Part shown: one piece after another, positions 63,961 to 64,000 of the stretch
Numbering within the stretch: position 1 is the stretch's first letter
Layout: each line of letters begins with the position of its first letter
Source: Eledone cirrhosa
Taxonomy: Eukaryota
Assembly (NCBI GenBank): GCA_964016885.1
Contig: OZ024759.1
Location: 19,592,001 to 19,656,000, forward strand
Reading direction: 5' to 3'
DNA length: 64,000 nucleotides
Notes under the pieces: generated by a model
The model's database searches: none
Told to the model about the DNA's origin: nothing
The model's input: the letters and a program-made list of their open reading frames with translations, nothing else
Program-made: the position numbers and the translations under genes

Positions 63961-64000
63961 ATAAGTTCTATACCCACTCCCATAAGTATAATAAGTACCA

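Overview
Repeat-saturated, AT-rich animal genomic DNA with no prokaryotic features. The SINE/LINE repertoire, (TA)n/(CA)n microsatellites and (GAT)n tails are most consistent with an octopus or other coleoid cephalopod (inference). Almost every long ORF in the supplied track is a tandem-repeat artefact. The window holds: (i) an 82-91 bp satellite with internal inversions (1-3686); (ii) many minisatellites, several grown out of TEs; (iii) tRNA-derived SINEs, RTE and L1/Tx1 LINE remnants, and Tigger-like, piggyBac-like and Helitron-like non-autonomous elements. The main hidden signal is a dense population of type I hammerhead ribozyme motifs (CUGANGA-stem II-GAAA-stem/loop III-UH) between about 26 and 56 kb. 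There are about 13 intact-looking copies, 3 variant ultra-short cores and several degenerate or half copies, in at least 5 sequence families. They show covarying stems and palindromic loop III, sit in short ORF-less elements inserted into (TA)n tracts, and are often folded back as long inverted repeats. This is the signature of Penelope-like retroelement pseudo-LTRs or retrozyme-like elements. Between the repeats lie small unique islands with phase-compatible splice sites, suggesting a multi-exon minus-strand gene (about 27.4-56 kb) of unidentified product whose introns host the ribozymes. All calls were made by eye, with no database searches.
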